Positions 60,931 to 63,519 of a stretch of 63,519 nt of DNA are shown here, piece after piece. Source of the DNA: Psammoneis japonica (lineage: Eukaryota); contig QPGO01000079.1 of NCBI GenBank assembly GCA_008632985.1, positions 310,001-373,519 of the forward strand. Reading direction: 5' to 3'. Both the position numbers and the translations under genes were made by a program. The notes under the pieces were generated by a model that made no database searches, was not told the DNA's origin, and worked only from the letters and a program-made list of their open reading frames with translations. Numbering within the stretch: the first letter of the stretch is position 1; each line of letters begins with the position of its first letter.

Positions 60931-62012
60931 ATGACAGAGCAGAACAACAGCCCTGTTGATGCCGAGAAGGGCCGACCGACAATCTCTAGGCTCGGCCCGC
61001 CACCATCAAAGCTAAACGCATTCATAATCAACACAACCGGTGCTCTCGAAAACTGTGATGTGGAGGATGCCGTCTCGAAGCGTGACAAGGGCTCTTATTG
61101 GATTGACGCATCCGTTTACAGTGGTCGCGATGCTTTAGAGCTACAAAACCTTCTCGACGATTTGAATTTGTCGCCGTTTTTGCGGCAACACCTTGCTCAA
61201 CCAAAACAGCTTCAGACGAGTCAAGTGTTGACTCTGAGCTCTGCAGCGCTAATTGTGTTGCGAGTCTTGTCGTTGGAGGACGATTCAAAAGAAATACAAT
61301 ATGTTGTTGCCTTGTGTCGAGAGATTTATTGCTCACCATAACCGTGTGTCAAGAATGTGCCGAGATGGTTGCTGCCGGAAAGATCATGTCGCAGAGAGCT
61401 CTCAAATACATGCAAGCCATGGAACTCCCTCAGCCTTCGACGTCTGGAGCATTAGCCACGTGGATGATGTTTCATCTAGAAAGAGTGTCTCGCGCTCTGG
61501 GTAAGCTAAGAAGTCATATTTTCGATCTGGATGAAATGCAGGAGAAAACTGTCAAGTCCGTCAGTCTTGCGGATATCTCAGGTGTTAAGGACGAGCTCTT
61601 GCGATTGACGGCTGTGGCAGAAGAACAATCTGAATGTGTTCAGTCGGTGGCCGAGAGAGAATCCATTACGTCCTCAATTGATTTCTCGCAACTACGTGGT
61701 ACCCTTGGATTTATACGCCACACGGCTGAATACGCGGAACGCATGGCTATTCGCCTAGAGAAGCGAGTTTCCCATCTCCGAGAAGCTTACGACGCACATC
61801 AGCAGGAGAAGATGAACCGTCGCCTATCGGTTCTGACTATATTTTCTGCTATCTTTTTACCAATCTCTCTCATGGCGGGTATTTGGGGAATGAATTTTGC
61901 AAACATGCCGGGATTGGATGCCGAGAATGGGTACTACTTTGCTCTCGGATCGATGCTGTTGGTTGCAGTTGTTATGATCTTGTCCTTTTACTATTTTGGA
62001 TGGTTCAGCTAA
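60931..62012 (+). CDS. CorA/ZntB-family divalent cation transporter, split by a 1-nt frameshift near 61318
   Basis: MNRRLSVLTIFSAIFLPISLMAGIWGMNF (GMN motif, TM1) and GYYFALGSM (TM2); YWID in the N-terminal part. The two ORFs join as YVVALCR/RDLLLTITV if one base is added. Confidence 0.8.
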
Positions 62013-62454
62013 AGATGGGTTACCTATAAATCTTAATATAACAATTTCATATTTCGCATGTACTTAAGACCGAATTGTCCCACCTTCCCCGTCGTTCAGG
62101 CATCGATTCGGCGAAGAATGCCATCTCCGCCATTGCATCTCTTGCATCGCACATGAGGGAGTTTTTGACACACGCAAAGGTGTCTGCAGAACCAGGGTGC
62201 GCAACCAGCGCCAAAAACACGCATCTTGCGTTTCTGCTGTCGACGCCTTCGCCTCAACTCTTACTGTTCCTTTTCTCTCTAGCNNNNNNNNNNNNNNNNN
62301 NNNNNNNNNNNNNNNNNNNNNNNNNNNNNNNNNNNNNNNNNNNNNNNNNNNNNNNNNNNNNNNNNNNNNNNNNNNNNNNNNNNNNNNNNNNNNNNNNNNN
62401 NNNNNNNNNNNNNNNNNNNNNNNNNNNNNNNNNNNNNNNNNNNNNNNNNNNNNN

Positions 62455-63310
62455 ATTGAAGGTTTTCTCGCAACAAGCAAAATATGTGTTGACGTCTCTG
62501 TTTCGGTTGTTTGCGGCGTCTGTTTTGTACCAGAATGGCACCAGCAGCATAAACGGATACAGCTTTGTGCAGCAGTCTTGCATGCAGAGCGCCTGGGGCT
62601 CTGCATCCAACAAGAGCTTGACACCTTCTTCCCACCTTTTGCCGGATTCAACCGCAAGGTGCAATGGCATCCTCCCTCGCCATCGCGAATGCCGGCGGAT
62701 TGCGGATACCTCTGAGCAGCTCCTCCAACTTGTCTCTGGCACTGATGCCATTGGTCAACTCGGATAGGCGACAAGGTGCAAAGGCAGGTTGCCAAACTCA
62801 TCGTACTTCACTACATCTTGGGCGCAAACATTCAACACGAAATTCAAAACGGGTAGGTTGCACGGACATGCTGCAATCGTGGAGAGGCAGAACTTGGCGT
62901 TCTTCGGGGCAGACACATGAGATCAAAGTAAAAAGATCGAATGAAGAGCATCATTTGTTTCCATGGGAAAGTGGACATGACTTTCTTGGAACCACCACTA
63001 CGAAAAGCCTCATTCAGGGACGTTTCGTTGCGATTACAAAAGAGCCAACGGCGTTTTGTCTTTGCTGTCAACTAAAAAGGGCTCTTGGATTGGCGTCCAT
63101 CATGAGATTTAATACTTCTTTGGATGCCGGTATCGAACGCCAGTGAAGCGCAAGCTCATTATCGTCGTTCTTTGGTTCCCGAGTCGGGGGAGGCGTACAA
63201 GATGGCTTTCAATTACGGTTGCGGGAGCGCGAAACAACAGCAGTAATGAAGCGCCGTTTGACCATGTGTATCTACAAATTGGGACACTTCCTCAGGTTGA
63301 ATTGATCCAA
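62455..63310 (-). pseudogene. Ankyrin-repeat-like gene with multiple frameshifts (pseudogene or unpolished assembly beside gap 62284-62454)
   Basis: Fragments in alternating frames: DTHGQTALHYCC, NELALHW, DEFGNLPLHLVA, GRMPLHLAVESGKRWEEGVKLLLDAEPQAL...TKLYPF. Confidence 0.6.
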
Positions 63311-63519
63311 ACAGCACTGACTTCCACTCCGTAGGAAAATGCGATTCAAGTGTTCCTGTTTCAAGCGCACCGCGAATCAACTCGGGGTGATTTGTTTGAG
63401 AATCTTTGTAATGTCTCCTGTGATGTTGTCACTTGTTGCTGTAGCTCCTTTTCGCTCCAGTCCACAAGGATGGGCTTGAGAACAAAGCAGAAAGAGATAT
63501 GGACTCGTCCTCTGAAGCT

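Noticed and set aside
1..63519. CRISPR arrays, tRNA or rRNA genes
   Set aside because: No repeat-spacer periodicity, cloverleaf or rRNA-like sequence recognised; the P/S/T repeats are coding low-complexity sequence.

Overview
Eukaryotic nuclear DNA, most likely from a diatom or similar stramenopile (short GT-AG introns, RXL/LRGG-type leaders, Ambal-like LINE relics); the species cannot be fixed from sequence alone. The window alternates between two compartments. (1) Gene islands of normal composition: a RAG1/Transib-like DDE transposase between CAC-starting inverted repeats, rhomboid, EMC8/9, a mucin-TM-RRM protein, a hypothetical protein, P4H-like and DUF2431 genes, ATP6AP2-like, AMT, a DHHC-family 'DHLC' acyltransferase, a disrupted bacterial-type secreted hydrolase, SPX, CorA-family and ankyrin-like genes. 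(2) Large blocks (roughly 10.35-12.2, 14.4-19.6, 21.3-23.55, 25.15-26.6, 29.15-30.15, 33.0-45.9 and 50.9-58.55 kb) of TE relics and duplications in which both CpG and TpA have been converted to TpG/CpA. An internal control, a dead copy of the SPX 5' region versus the intact gene, shows the conversion directly: 13 differences in 93 bp, all transitions, with 5 of 5 TpA lost. Surviving TpA are mostly in YTAR context. This points to a repeat-targeted A>G (TAY>TGY) hypermutation acting alongside CpG deamination, the opposite signature to fungal RIP. That process and the intact RAG1-like transposon are the main candidates for novelty. All alignments and counts were done by eye; no database searches were run.
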